Shown here: positions 1 through 13,199 of the stretch, piece by piece
Numbering within the stretch: position 1 is the stretch's first letter
How the letters are laid out: every line of letters begins with the position of its first letter
NCBI GenBank assembly: GCA_030324005.1
Contig: JARDVH010000059.1
Coordinates: 64,284,390 to 64,348,389, forward strand
Origin: Negaprion brevirostris
Lineage: Eukaryota
Direction of reading: 5' to 3'
DNA: 64,000 bases
The notes under the pieces: generated by a model
What the model was told of the DNA's origin: nothing
The model's input: only the letters and a program-made list of their open reading frames with translations
Databases searched by the model: none
Translations under genes and position numbers: made by a program

Positions 1-1125
1 TTAAAGTAGCCGAAGATATCAAAACAACATCTGTCATCAATTACACAGGTCTGTAAGAGTCTCAGAACAGAAACTCTCAATTGGGACTGCAGTTCTGAAT
101 CATCTTCACTCTTTGCAGAGCTGATTTGTCCATTACCTTGGCAAGTGTCAGAACATGCTCGTTGGTCAGACCAGTCAATCGCTGAGATGGTTACCACAAT
201 GCCTTGAGTGGAAAGAACCAAGGGATGAACAAGCAGCAAGAAAAGCCTTAACCTCTGGCTCCAACATCTGTAGGTAAGATACCCTAGATATCATAAAGAC
301 ATGCTGCAATACAATCTGCCCAACACAATCTTTAGCCAGACAATACTGGAACAGAGAAGCAGCCATCATATGACCGTAGCAAACCCCAATGAGGCAAGAG
401 AGCAAACCAATGAGAATGCCATTGCAGAGAAAGCTAGGCTGCAAGGTGAGCCTGATGGAAAGTCACACTCATATAACAGAAAGAGACATCTTCCATCTCA
501 ACATCATCATGATAAACCGCAGATAGCAAGGAAAACAGAATGAGCACTATGACTGAACTGCAAATTTATGTTCCGTGTGAGGAATGGGATAAACCAATGA
601 CCACTGATAAAACCAGATGGAGAGTTGAAAAAAAAGAAACAAAAAAGGTCAACCAACCAGATGCAAGAATGACCACATTCAACAGGGTTTGTCAAGCACA
701 ACAGAGTCTCCCACTGCTCCAACTGTCGTACTGACAGGACCTGGAAGAATTATAAAGTCCCCTGACCACCTGAACCTATAAGCACTGAGATTTGAGCAGG
801 GGCAGGCCAACAGAAAGGTTATTGGAATATTGTAAGTAAGTTGAGTAAATACACTGGATAAAGACTTTGGGAGGGTGAAATGTAGTATAATGGTCTGGCA
901 TAGAACGGGTTAACAAGGAACTGTGTACAGTACAGTACTGTGTATGTGTTCCTTTATATCACAGTGCCCACAATGTGGTATAAAGGAACACATGACCCAA
1001 GACCAGGGGCAGTCTTCTATTGGATAGAGATGTGAGTACAAAAAAGCATTTAGATAGCTTCTAGTTTTGACCTTATACTGATAAACAGCTACCAGCAGTT
1101 AAAAACGCTTACTGTTAAGCCACAG
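1..1125 (+). mobile_element. 3' end of a decayed Gypsy-like LTR retrotransposon with partial 3' LTR (about 881-1125)
   Basis: GRIIKSPDHLNL* (743-781) resembles a Gypsy pol C-terminus. The purine tract gggagggtgaaa (869-880) is followed by TGTAGT. The LTR shares motifs (gggttaac, acccaagaccaggggcagt, gcttactgttaa) with the LTRs at 53595 and 56345. Confidence 0.6.
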
Positions 1126-1189
1126 GCTAGAGCCCTTTAAATGGTGAATCATTAGCTCCTTTGATAACTAAAATGGAATGAAGTAAAGC

Positions 1190-1585
1190 TAATCCTCTTT
1201 AACCTGTTCTTCACCTATGTTTTTAGACATGTTGTCAAGGATCTCAAAGACAGAGTGTATTCTAATATTATCTTGATGGCTCACTGTTTGACCTACAATG
1301 TCTCATTGGAAAATCCAAACCTGAGAAACTCATCCAGGAAGTCCTTTCTGCCAATATTAATGCCATAATGGCTCACAATACAAGTGGTTTGCAAATCACA
1401 GTTGATAGATTTTTAGAGGCTTCAATTCTGTTTGGATTAATCATCAGCCTTAGAAAAGACTGAGGTTCTAACCTTGCACTTGCCAAATTCCAGCGATGTT
1501 CAACCAGATATCTCCATCCAAGGTACAAAGCTAAAGAATTGTGTTAGCTTCAAATGTCTTGAAACTATTATCTCCATGAATTTCA
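1190..1585 (+). mobile_element. RTE-type LINE reverse transcriptase remnant
   Basis: Frameshifted translation LFNLFF..DGSLFDLQCL..LIQEVLSANINAIMAHNTSGLQITVDRF..FGLIISL/KTEVL..ISIQGTKLKNCVSFKCL matches the RTE RT pattern, with the FADD motif degenerate. Confidence 0.65.
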
Positions 1586-1778
1586 GCTATACTGCTGTCC
1601 AATGTGCAGCCAGAATGATATCTGTCTACAAGATCTATCTCCTCATGTTTATCCAACATCTGTAGTTAATCACCATACTTTTCCCTATAGTACCACTGCA
1701 CAATTTTGCAAAGTTAAAACTGCCTTCCAGTAATATAAAAATATTCAGTATAAATGTTATAATTAGAATCTCTTGATA

Positions 1779-2060
1779 ATCATAGAAACCCTGCAGTGCC
1801 ATTTGAGTCTGCACTGACTAAGCATCTTACCCAGGTCCATCTTCCCGCCCTACCCCATAACCCTGACATTCACCATGGCTAATCCATCTACCCTAGACCT
1901 CTTTGGACTGTGGCAGGAAACCAGAGCATGCAGAGGGAACCCACTCAAACATGGGGAGAATGTGCAAATTGCACACAGACAGTCACCCAAGGCTGGAATC
2001 GAACCCAGGTCCCTGGTGCTGTGAGGCAGCAGTACTAACCTTTGTGCCACCGTGTCGCCC
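1779..2060 (-). mobile_element. HE1/V-SINE-type tRNA-derived SINE (CR1-type tail)
   Basis: Reverse complement reads gggcgacacggtggcacaaaggttagtactgctgcctcacagcaccagggacctgggttcgattcc (A/B boxes), followed by the V-core tgcacattctcccc..gggttccctct. Confidence 0.9.
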
Positions 2061-2859
2061 ATGTAATGAAAGCCTTAACAATATCAGAAAAGGAGGAATA
2101 GGAAAACATGATGTTTCCCTCCATTCCAATGAACCACAAGTGATTCAGGTTGTGTTGAGCCACCATTTGATTTTCCCCAACAGGCTGCAAAATGGTGAGT
2201 ACGATCTTTTTGGTTTATAAATGGCGATATATTTCTTACACAATTCACATTTATAACAGTTAAGTATAAATTCATGCATATTGACAATTCACTTTATGAC
2301 ATTCAATGTATTCTGGCTATTTAATCTCAGTCACTATTAAATCCACCATTTGTCATTGTTTCAATATAATCCCAGGTGCTGGGAAGACACCAGATGGCAT
2401 CATTATTACAACTGTGCAGAGTCAATATGAGCTGTAACAAGTGAAATCACAATGTGGGTGTAGTGAAGTGGTTAATAAAATGTGTTGATACATTCTTCCA
2501 AGACTTGTCTGCCTGTTTTTATAATTGAAAATATTTTCTACCAGCCAGTCGATTCCTTTCACCAAAATGTGCTGTGAATCTAATATGAATAAACCTTTGC
2601 AAGAACAAGTAAGTTTGCTAAAGAATAAATTTGGAGATGAAGCATCCTCAAATCAATTTCAATGTACAATTATAGAAACTGTTACTTTTTCTCATTGGAG
2701 AAGAACATATCCAATTTAGTTAAATACTGAACTTGCAGTTTTCTCCTATGGATATCAGAATGGTTCTTCAACCCACGTCAAACCAATTCACTCCCTGGAA
2801 TGGCTGAGTAAATAGGTTCATGTAAAAGGAGTAAACAGAAGTTAATAATGTGACTGGTT

Positions 2860-2950
2860 AAAAACAGCAAATGCTGGAAATACTCAACAGTTCTGGCAAT
2901 ATCTGTAGAGAAATAAGCGGAGTTAACATTTGGGAACAATAAACCTTGTC
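2860..2950. mobile_element. Penelope-like terminal repeat fragment
   Basis: aaaacagcaaatgctggaaatactcaacagttctggcaatatctgtagaga..gagttaacattt matches one arm of the palindromic element at 23874-24400. Confidence 0.55.
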
Positions 2951-2983
2951 AGCACTGGCTCTCAATTTAAGAGTACAGAATCA

Positions 2984-3304
2984 GCAGTACGGTGGCCGAG
3001 TGGTTAACATTGCTGCCTCACAGCGCCAGGGACCCGACTTTGATTCCTGGCTGAATCACTAATTGTGTGGCGTTTGCACATTCTCCCTGTGCCTGCATGG
3101 GTTTCCTCTGGGTGCTCTGGTTTCCTCCCACAGTCCAATGATGTGCAGGTTAGGTGGATTGGCCGTGCTAAAATTGCCCCTTAGTGTCAGGGGAACTAGC
3201 TAGGGTAAATGCACGGGGTTATAGAGATAGGGCCTGGGTGGAATTGTGGACGGCACAGACTAAATGGGCTGAATGGCCTCCTTCTACACTGTATGATTCT
3301 GTGA
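2984..3304 (+). mobile_element. HE1/V-SINE-type SINE, near full length
   Basis: tRNA-like head ggtggccgagtggttaacattgctgcctcacagcgccagggacccg, V core, and tail gggctgaatggcctccttctacactgtatgattct. Confidence 0.9.
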
Positions 3305-3407
3305 GAATCTAATTGATTCTGACTTGTTCTGCTGTGGGTAGCAACCCTGTCTCTGAGTCAGGAGCCCTATCTTCAAGCTCCACTCCAGGAATTGATGGCC
3401 ATTGTCC

Positions 3408-3671
3408 AGAATCATAGCACCTCTACAGTGCAGAAGGAGGCCATTTGACCCATTAAGTCTGCACTGATCACAATCCCATCCAGGCCCTATCCCAATAACC
3501 CCACCTATTACCCTGAGGGGCAATTTAGCATGGTCAATCAACCTAATCTGCACATCTTTGGAGTGTGGGAGAAAATCGGAGCATCTGGAGGAAACCCATG
3601 CAGACATGGGGAGAATGTGCAAACTCCACACAGTCAGATACCTGAAACTGGAATTTAACCCGGGTCCCTGG
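3408..3671 (-). mobile_element. HE1/V-SINE-type SINE, 5' truncated
   Basis: Reverse complement of the same core and tail as 2984-3304. Confidence 0.85.
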
Positions 3672-3779
3672 TCAGCTGTTTGATGGAAAGAAATTAGAGC
3701 CTCTCTCATCATTTCAGGCTTTAAGTCACAAAATGCATGAGGAAGTCGATGTAGTCACAGTAAGTTTGATTTGCAATTC

Positions 3780-4970
3780 AACATAAGAGCAGGAGTAGAC
3801 CATTCAGCCCATCGGGCCTAATTCACTACTCAATACAATCATGGTTGATCTTCCACTTTGATGCCTTTTCCCCATACTGCCCACATATCTCTTTGCAGCA
3901 TTGGTATTTAGAAATCTTTAATCTCTATTTTACTCAGTGATTGAGCTTCCACAGCTGGGGTAGACAATTCCAAGAATTCATAATGCTTCAGGTAAAACAA
4001 AATTTCCTTATCTTGGTGCTTACTTTGAAATTGTATCCCCTGGCTTTAGACTCCCAGGAGAAACATCCGTCCTGCAACTACCCTGTCAATCCCTTTAAGC
4101 ACTTTCAATGAGATCATCTCTCATTGTTTGAATTTCTGGAGAATACAGGCACAATTTCCCCAATCTCACTTCATAGTTCAGTGCTGCCATCTCGGAAATA
4201 AGTCTGGTCAACATTTGGTACACTCCCTCTATAATATCCTTCCTTAGGTATGGGCACCAAAACTCCAAATATGGTCTATCCAAGTTCTATACAATTAAAG
4301 CAAGTATTCCAAATGTGGTCTAACCAAGGTTCTACACAATTAAAACAAGAATTCGCTAATCTGTACTCAAATCCTCTTGCGATAAAGGTTAACGTACCAT
4401 TAGCCTTCCTAATTGCTTGCTGCATCTGCATGTTAGCCTTCAGTGACTTACTAACGAGAACACCCCAGATCCCATTGTACATCAAACATTCTAATCTTTT
4501 ACTATTTAAGAAATACTCTGTGCATCTGTTCCTCCTACTAAAGTGGATGACCTCACATTTTTCCACATTATATTCAATCTGCCATGTTCTTGCCCACTCA
4601 CTACTCTGTCCAAATCCTCCTGAAACTGATTTGCATCTTCCTCACACACATGTGACATTTGCACACTCAAATCTGCAGGAACCATTCCAGAATCTATAGA
4701 ATTTTTGAAAATGAGCACCACTGCAGCCTCTATCTCCATAGCAACCTCTTTCAACGCTCTGGGATATAGAATATCAAGTTCCGAAGACCTATGAACCTTC
4801 AGTCCCAATAATTTCTCCAATAAAACCTTCTAATACAAATTTCGCTCAATTCCTCATTTGTCCTAGTCATTGGAAAATTTCTTATCTTTGTCAGTGAAGA
4901 CAAGAACAAAGCAATAATTTAGCTTCTCTGCCATTTATCTATTCCCCACTGTAAATTCTCCTGACTCTGT
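3780..4970 (-). mobile_element. CR1-clade (HER1-like) LINE 3' fragment
   Basis: The ORF track shows MEKCEVIHFSRRN, QQAIRKANGTLTFIARGFEY, FWCPYLRKDI..MRDDLIE and EKLLGLK..PRALKEVAMEI, all typical of CR1 ORF2. The 3' terminus acataagagcaggagtag is present. Confidence 0.9.
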
Positions 4971-4977
4971 AGTAGGG

Positions 4978-5283
4978 GTGTAACAGTGGCGCACAGTGTT
5001 TAATAGTGCTGTCTCACTGTGCCAGCGACCTGGGTTTAATTTCTGGTTTGCGTACCTGTCTGTGCGGAGTCTGTACATTCTCCCAGCGTCTGTGTGGGCT
5101 TCCTCTGGGTGCTCCAGTTTCCTCCCACAGAGCAAAAGGTATGTTGGTTAGGAGCATTGGCCATGCTAAATTCTCCCTCAGTGTGCCGGAACAAGCACCA
5201 AAGTGTGGCAACTAGGGGATTTTCACAGTAACTTCATTGCAGTGTTAAAGTAAGCCTACTTGTGACACTAATGAATAAACTGA
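4978..5283 (+). mobile_element. V-SINE with alternative (L2-like) tail
   Basis: Same head and core as HE1 but ends in ggggattttcacagtaacttcattgcagtgttaaagtaagcctacttgtgacactaatgaataaact. Confidence 0.85.
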
Positions 5284-5584
5284 AACATGATTGACCCATG
5301 TTGTTTGTACCAAATGTTTCAATTTTACGTACTATAGAAGCTTATTTCTTTGCACATTTTTCTTCTCTTCTCTCCTCATTGGAATATGCTCATTTTTACT
5401 GCAAAACATTCCCATTTGTATCCAAGTGATTGTCCTCCTTGTTGGACACTAACTAGTGAACGACAGCAGGCTATTTAAGACCATTTGTCATTGCAACTGA
5501 GGCCGATCCTATCTCCCTTTCATGCACATTTTCCAATTAGGACTACTGGATATCAATCAAAGGCTTATCTTCCTCTCCTCATCT

Positions 5585-5990
5585 ACAACAACATGAATTT
5601 ATTTGGCTTCTTTGACATAAACATCTCAAGGCACTTCACAGGATTGCTATCAAACAAAATTTGGCATAGAGTCATAAAAGGAGATACTTGGACAGTTAAC
5701 CAAAAATTCAGTCAAAAAGGTATGTTTTAAGGAGGATCTGAAAGAAGTAAAGTCAGAGAAGTGTACAGGTTTAGGGAGGGAATTCCAAAGCCTAGGATGC
5801 ATGCAGCTGAAGATGCAGTTATCAATGGCAGAGACATGTGTGTGTGCAAGGGGCCATAATTGGAGGAGCGCAGAGATCTTGGAGATTTGTAGGGAAGAAG
5901 GTTACAGAAATTGTGAGAGATGAGGCCACAAAGGGATTTGAAATCAAGGATCAGAATTTTTAATAGTGATCTCGCTGATCTGGAAACTAA
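5585..5990 (-). mobile_element. Old L2-type LINE 3' fragment
   Basis: Reverse-complement tail gtgaagtgccttgagatgttt..aaataaattcatgttgttg, plus tttagggagggaattccaaagcctagg, which is typical of L2 3' regions. Confidence 0.55.
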
Positions 5991-6940
5991 TGGACATGTA
6001 AGTATGCTAATTTACCAAACACAGGGCTGGTAAAGTAAGGATGTCTATGACCATCTTAGCACAGACCAGAAACTTCCCTGGTCTATCATGTTAAGCAAAA
6101 TATAAGCATTTACTTTTTGAGTGTTTGGGCCGGTTGGATCAAATATTTCTTTACAGCTGCCACTGATCTACTTTCACCCAAGTGACAGCTTTTTCATAAC
6201 CACTGAACAGTCTCCTATACAGCAAATACTAATGGTGCATTAAATTTAATTTCTAGCTGGATAGGGACAGCAGAGGGGGACTTTATTCTCCTACTAGGAC
6301 AAATATTCCTAATTTTCTCCCTTCATGATTATGTTCCTTTCGCTCACTCACACATATTTTTTGCATCCAAAACTCTGAGCAACCAGTTTACTCTCAGGTA
6401 TTGTCAAAACTGCAGTTAGTCAGTCACTGGGACACATGTAGAAGCTGTTTATTGGACACTCTCCACATCCAATTTTCCTTTTGTTCTTTAAGTGAAGCAT
6501 TTGGCCTCTGTTTAATGCTTCTCAGCAGATGTGTTACTGAAATTAGGGCAGCAGAGGAATGAAAGATTAAACTTTCATCCCACCAGTCCATATTGCTGTG
6601 GCTTCATGTTCCAACATGTCACAGTGTGGTTGTACCCAGCTTCAGAAATGATGGACATTGATTCTGATGTACTGTGTAAGGATATGGTGGCAAGTTACGT
6701 AAAAAAAAAGTGTCTCATGCTTAATATGAAAAGCTCGTTTCTGATTCTTGTTTTAACTGAACATATTCACTCATGTTTATTTGTTTCTACTATCACAGAA
6801 GCTGTTTATCTGGATGAGCAGTTCTATTTTAAATAACAAAAATTATGGGATCAGCAGCTTTGTTATATAAACCAGAAAATACTGGAAATACATTACATTT
6901 ATAACCTATAGATTTTCCCACTGCAACTTTATTATGAATT

Positions 6941-7204
6941 GGTGGCATAGTGGCTTGTACTGCTGTCTCACAGGTCTAGAGACCAAGTTCAATTCTGGCC
7001 TTGGGAGACAGAGTTGTGCTTGCACATTCTCCCAGTATCTGCACGGGTTTGCTCTGGGTGCTCCAGTTTCCTTCCTCAGTCTGAAGATGTGTAGGTTACG
7101 TGAATTGGTGGTGCTAAATTCCCCCTTACTGTCCCAAGATGTGTAGGTTAGGGGAAAAGTAAGGTAAATGCACAGGGTCATTGGGATAGGATGGGGGGGG
7201 GGGG
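6941..7204 (+). mobile_element. HE1/V-SINE-type SINE running into an assembly gap
   Basis: ggtggcatagtggcttgtactgctgtctcacag head and V core; Ns at 7205-7341. Confidence 0.85.
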
Positions 7205-9234
7205 NNNNNNNNNNNNNNNNNNNNNNNNNNNNNNNNNNNNNNNNNNNNNNNNNNNNNNNNNNNNNNNNNNNNNNNNNNNNNNNNNNNNNNNNNNNNNNNN
7301 NNNNNNNNNNNNNNNNNNNNNNNNNNNNNNNNNNNNNNNNNTTAGAAGCGAGTTGCCCTGGAAGTTGTAATAGGTTTGATATCCAAATGGTATAATGTCC
7401 ATTGCAGGACATCAGATCTCCATTTCAATTTCATGAACATTGGCCACCATTCATTAAACTTGCCCTTTCCAAGATAATTTCTATGACCTTTGCAATGTTA
7501 GATATGCAAATAAACAGTGCCCTCTGCAAGGCATCAGGACTCTGTATGAACAGGGCAGACAACTGTACATCTCCTTAACCAGTCAGATGTAAGAATTGTT
7601 AATTGGCAGCTGAACCTGAACCAGAAAGTTAGGTTAGAGTAGTGAATTCAATATCAAATCTTTTACAGAAAATAAAATGAGGGGAAGCAAGACTGGATTA
7701 AGAGCAGGAGAAAGAAGAGACACGAATGAATGTATAACTTACAATTTCTCTTTTAAGTTTTCAACAACAATCAAAATCTAAGCAATGAAACTCTACTCTT
7801 GTAAGAGTTAATTTTTGGTGTTGTTCGGCAGTAATTAAGGTTTATTGACCAGGGTATTGAAATGGACACTCTACCTTTTGTGGCAACTTTAATATCTACC
7901 TATTACAGAAGCACAGGATCTTCACAAAATTCAGTACATTGGAATGGGAGAGGGATGGGAGGAGGTGTTAAACAGCGACATACTATTTGCAGTGATGTTT
8001 CCGGATATTTGTTTTTAATTACCTATCTGCATTGCTGAAAGCTACTGTGTGATTTAAATGTAAGTAACAATCAGCACCATGACACCCACTATTATTTTTA
8101 TAATAAACTCCAGCCCATTATTTAGTCTGAATTAATATTGCTGTGATTGTTATACATATAGATGGTGTATTGGCAACTCTACAGGTCCTGAATGTTAATT
8201 ATATGTAATACAACTCATTAAGTGTTCTAATCCAACAGTTTGCACACTTTCCTATAATTATGTTACATTTACTTGAAGAGTCACAATTCCCAATAGTGTA
8301 TGGTGCTCCACATACTCCAACACGGTGAGAGATCACATCGAAAGTGGAAATGAGAATTGGCAGAAGCTTGGTATGCATAAAGAGGACAACAGAAAACAAT
8401 AGAAGAAATTAATTAAAATTATTACTGGAAGCTGAAAATGCAGAGTACACATGAAATGTAGTCCAAAATAATCAATAAGCAATGGATGTTGTGTGTTCCA
8501 AATACTTTAGCACGTGAATTAAGCCATTCATAATGATTGTTAGCTGTTAATAAATTGCTCGTCTCTGGCTGTCAAGAATCTATGTTTATTTCCAAGGAAG
8601 TGCCATTCAGCAGTATAAAAACTGTCTGCTCATTTTTTTTGTTCTTGGGTTTTACCCTCATCCTAAGTTGCCAGATGAGCTTCCCCTGATTTCTTATGGT
8701 TTGGTCATGTCCCTAACCTTTACTCATACCTCTCTCTTGACAGCAATTTCATCCACCTCCTTCACCCATTCGTAAAGATTTGAATCACAAGGAGTAAGGG
8801 CATCCCCTCTCTGACCTAGTGAGTCACACAAACATGTACAGAAGTATGGAAAATGGAAGGAACTTTTTGGCTAATTTGGAGCTGTCACCACACTCCAGTC
8901 AACACTCATCAGATTTAACACATTTATTATCAACATTGCACACATAGCCCTGGGTTGTCTTCAATAAGCACATTGATCTCTACAGGACATCAGCATGGCA
9001 TTATAACATGTAACTATATTCACACTTCTGTGTCCCAGCTCCTCAAAGCACATCTTATGTGTGGGGCCAAATTGGTCTCATCTCTTTGCAGGGATTACAT
9101 ACCTGCTGGAAAAAAAGGAATATACAGTCCTAGCTTTTCATCTTGCACTCATCAAGTTAGATCCTTACCACTTTGATAGTTTTTCAGACTGGTTCACAAA
9201 CACATGAAACGCAGTCTCAAAATTTAAAATGCTC

Positions 9235-9430
9235 CAAAACACAAGCAGATCCATTGACATCTGCAAAATGAAAAATAGATTTAGACACCTGGTGGAGACT
9301 TCAAAAAAAAATCTCTGAATTCCACCTGAAACTTTAATCTGTCTTTTCTCAAAAGCTCAAAGCCCTACGGTGGGATGTCCAGTATTTAGTGTCTTTATTT
9401 CTGACTTCCAATATTCGCAATTCTTTCTTT
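9235..9430. mobile_element. Highly decayed Penelope-like palindromic repeat
   Basis: catctgcaaaatgaaaaatagattt ... cctgaaactttaatctgtcttttctc ... tctttatttctgacttccaatattcgca follows the layout of 23874-24400. Confidence 0.4.
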
Positions 9431-10930
9431 GTCATGATCGTAACAATCTTGTGATCAATATAGTACGAATCGACCCATAAAGTATTCACGCCTTCCAGCT
9501 TTTCTCAGCCTCCAACACACGGACTCGAAAATGTAATAACAACAAAATATCAATTAAACAAATTCCTCTTATGTGTGTATTAAATACCTACTTTGTTCTT
9601 ACTCTTTAATACCAGCTGATCTAATCCAATAAAGGGTTTTCCTCCGAGACAGTTAGTGATCCGATTAGTGGATCCCTGAGGATCATCCCAAGATTTCTAC
9701 TTTGATGGAAAATTAGATTTTGCTTCCCATCAGCAGCTCAAAATTCAGGCAAAGCACTCCTCTGACCCAGCACACCCCAAAACTCTTCCGATTCTAAAAC
9801 AATCGGTTGGTTTCTGTGACACACCTTTGTTAACAGGGATTACAACATTTATTAAAATGGAGCTCCAAGTCCTTTGCGGAATTAATAGTGCTTTGATAGA
9901 AATTGTGGTATTATTAGACGTTATTATGTACTGAGTGTCCTCAGTTATATGGAGATGAATATGGAGATGCAACAAAGATATAGAACCCCACTGAGTGGCA
10001 TTAGTGGCAGCTTCACTGTACCGCAGGGAGTCCATGGCTGGGAGGGATTGTTTTTTACTCAGTGCATTAATATGATGGTGGCATAATTTTCTACAGACCT
10101 GCCTAATGTTCACAGCACACAGTAAAGACAACTTGTTAATTCAAGGATACGTGGGCAAAATACGAGCCCCCTCATGAAAGTAGAACTAGTCTAGTTGATG
10201 CACTTGATTTGATTACCGTTCCTTTCACAGGGACATGTTTAAACCTAATCTTTCCTACACTAAATGTTACCAGATTCCTATGACTAATGCTGTTATACAA
10301 ACCTTACTCCCGTTTTATAACAGGCTGAAGATTCTTATTCGATCACGGTTTGGGCAACATGTGTTCATTCATATCAGCCGAACATTGCCACAGGGCAGAG
10401 TAAGTAGTTGATAAACATATCGACATTCACGATATTTGCGTCCAGTAAATATTTTATTGCGGAATAGCATTTTCACCTTTTTCAATATTTTCTATCTACG
10501 GGTATCAATATAGGGAAAGTTTTCAATATTACAACGGGTATACTGCAGTTAAGTCATTCAGTCCTACTCTAAGGTTTGTCAGTTCACCTATAATCATCCC
10601 TGGTCATGAGGAGATGGAAAATGCGTTTATGTTATAAAAGATCACTTAGCTATCAGACACGGGTGATCAGTTGTCACGCCTTTTACTAGATCCAGCCTAC
10701 TTTCGGCAATGATAATCCCAGGGGAGAAATGTCAAGTCACTTGACTTTCAATTACAGCAATTGATTATCATTTTAAAACTCTGTTACATCACTTTGAAAG
10801 TACTTACTGAGCGCAAGGAGATAAATATTAACAATTGTTTTGCTACCATATGTAAGGGGACAAGGGAAATATAAAGTACATCCGACCATTGCAGATGACT
10901 AGCCAATAATGCAGAAAGCACCAGTATTCT

Positions 10931-11220
10931 AGGGATGGCACAGTGGTTAGTACTGCCGCCCCATAACCCTAGGGACCCGGGTTTGATTCCCGGGTCACTG
11001 TCTGTGCGGAGTCTGCATGTTCTCCCCGTGTCTGCGTGCGTTTTCTCCGGATGCTCTGGTTTTCCTCCCACTGTCCTAAAGACGTGCTGGTTAGGGGCTA
11101 AATTCTCCCTCAGTGTACCTGAACAGGCGCCAGAGTGTGGCGACTAGGGGATTGTTACAGTAACTTCATTGCAATTTTAATGTAAGCTACTTGTGACATT
11201 AATAAATAAGTTACACTTTA
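10931..11220 (+). mobile_element. V-SINE with L2-like tail, flanked by an 8-bp target-site duplication
   Basis: Full head-core-tail structure; AGTATTCT occurs at 10923-10930 and again at 11221-11228. Confidence 0.9.
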
Positions 11221-13199
11221 AGTATTCTCAGCGAATTTTAACAATAACGAGGTTTAAATCAATCACCAACAATTTGAATTCATGCCCATCACTGTCACTG
11301 AAATGTCTAAACTCGATCACTAGTAACTAGTTAAAGTTAAAATCGAAGATAATGCGATAATTAACTGACAAGCATAACATTGTTATCAGAAAATATGTTC
11401 TGTTGTAAATAACACTCCTCCATCGTTGTTTCATGCGGTTTCACCGGAATCGGGAAACCGACATAACGGTTGGAAAGTTACTGCTGATACCTGTTGTTCC
11501 GAATGTAAATTGCCACTGGGTCCCAAGCACAAATCAAAATTGCAATCTCAATTGTCACACTTGCATTGGATTATACCACGCTTTTCCAGATTTGTACAAG
11601 TCATGGACACAGGTCAATAGCGAAGGACAAGTTAATCAAGCAAAAGTGTGGCGGGTGAACTAAATCGGACACCTGAAATAAAAATCAAACCGCAGGTTCC
11701 GGGGAAGGGATCTGCAAAAAATACCAAACTTCCACTCTACCCATCTGGGACTGAGATGACAAGTTTAAAAAATCTATTCCCACAAAGAAAGGAAATGAAC
11801 AGGAACCAGGAAATCCTTGGAAGTAATTTGGATAAACTTTTGTAAAAGTTGCCGGAACAATCTCTCCAATCACTTCAAAATATGAAGCTTACATGGTTGC
11901 TTTTATTTCTTTTTTTCCTCTGGTTTTCTTTTTCTGTTTGTTTCCTTCCATCCCCCGCTCCCCTCTCCCCTTCATTATAAGTCTTCTATTAATAAATTAG
12001 CCAATGAACATGGAGGAAGCCTAACCATTAATATAAGATTTTCGTGTGATCCTGAAAGATGTTAACTCTGTTTAATTTTTTTGGAAATGTTGCTGGCAAT
12101 GTCTTGCATAGACACTGGGGCATTCTTTTCCCTTTTACTTTACTTTATAACAAAAGGTTATAGATGTTGTCTCCAGGTGCCCTTCTTATTCATTCAGTCG
12201 CATCATGGCTCATGATGATTGTGGAGATTAAGCTGTCTCTGAAACAGCAAGTACTTCCACGTATAGGAACCGGAGAGCGAAATCCTAAACAAAAAGATAA
12301 ACTCATCCTTCAAACGGTTACAGAAACAGCATTAGATTCACCTCCGCCTCTTATAGAGTGGGGTTCAAATAGTTCAATAGTTATATATAATGAAATGATA
12401 TCTTGGCATGAAATAGACAGCCCCTATGAATGAAGACAATTAAATGATCCCTGTCACAGATAGATAGTTGCTGACTTCTGAACTGTCCTCGTCTAATACA
12501 CAAAACATGCAAACAATAGATTTGGCTCAGTTTTGAACTCATACAGGTTACATTATCCATTACAACTTCTAGTGAAAAACTTGCTAGAGTCCTGCTGGTT
12601 CACTGAGATCATGGGCACATCAAATAGACTCAACTGTTACCATATCTTCCAGCAACAGACAGGAGCTCTGCGTTGTGGAATAGATTAGGAAGATTAATAA
12701 ATTCTCTATCTTTTCCACCAATTCTCTGCGGAAAAATTTAACCATATGGAAGGCGAGAATTAGAATTTCATCACATTAGGGGAAAATGTAATGAAAAGAG
12801 TCGAACACCTGGGGCCAACTCTGAAAGACACAATTAAAAGGGTTTTAATGAAACCGGGGGAACAAATACATTGGTACCTCCAGTTATCCTGACACAGATT
12901 GATTTGCTGGAGGTGTTGTGGAATAGTACTCGGGACTGATGTCACAAGAATGAAAAGCTGCTACTACACGCTCGGCGCCATCAAGGGCGATTAAAATCAA
13001 ACAAGAATAGTCAGAAACGTGAAATGAGTTTGTACTGTTTCTGTTCAGCTCCGGGAAAAATTGCATAAATACACCTCGGCAGTTCCGCTGCTCTCTGCTT
13101 TTACGTTTGCCAGTTCTATGTATGATCGGGTCTAAGAGATGGGGAGCAGACTTGTAGGACTGGAGTATTAAGTGTGCTCATTGATGGGTGAAAGTCGCC

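Noticed and set aside
2984-3060. tRNA genes (also at the other SINE heads)
   Set aside because: The A/B boxes belong to SINE heads and run directly into the SINE core; no complete cloverleaf or terminator.
8071-8090. REST/RE1 site tcagcaccatgacaccc
   Set aside because: The left half matches, but the GGACAG right half and spacing are broken, and it lies in a probable old DNA-transposon remnant.
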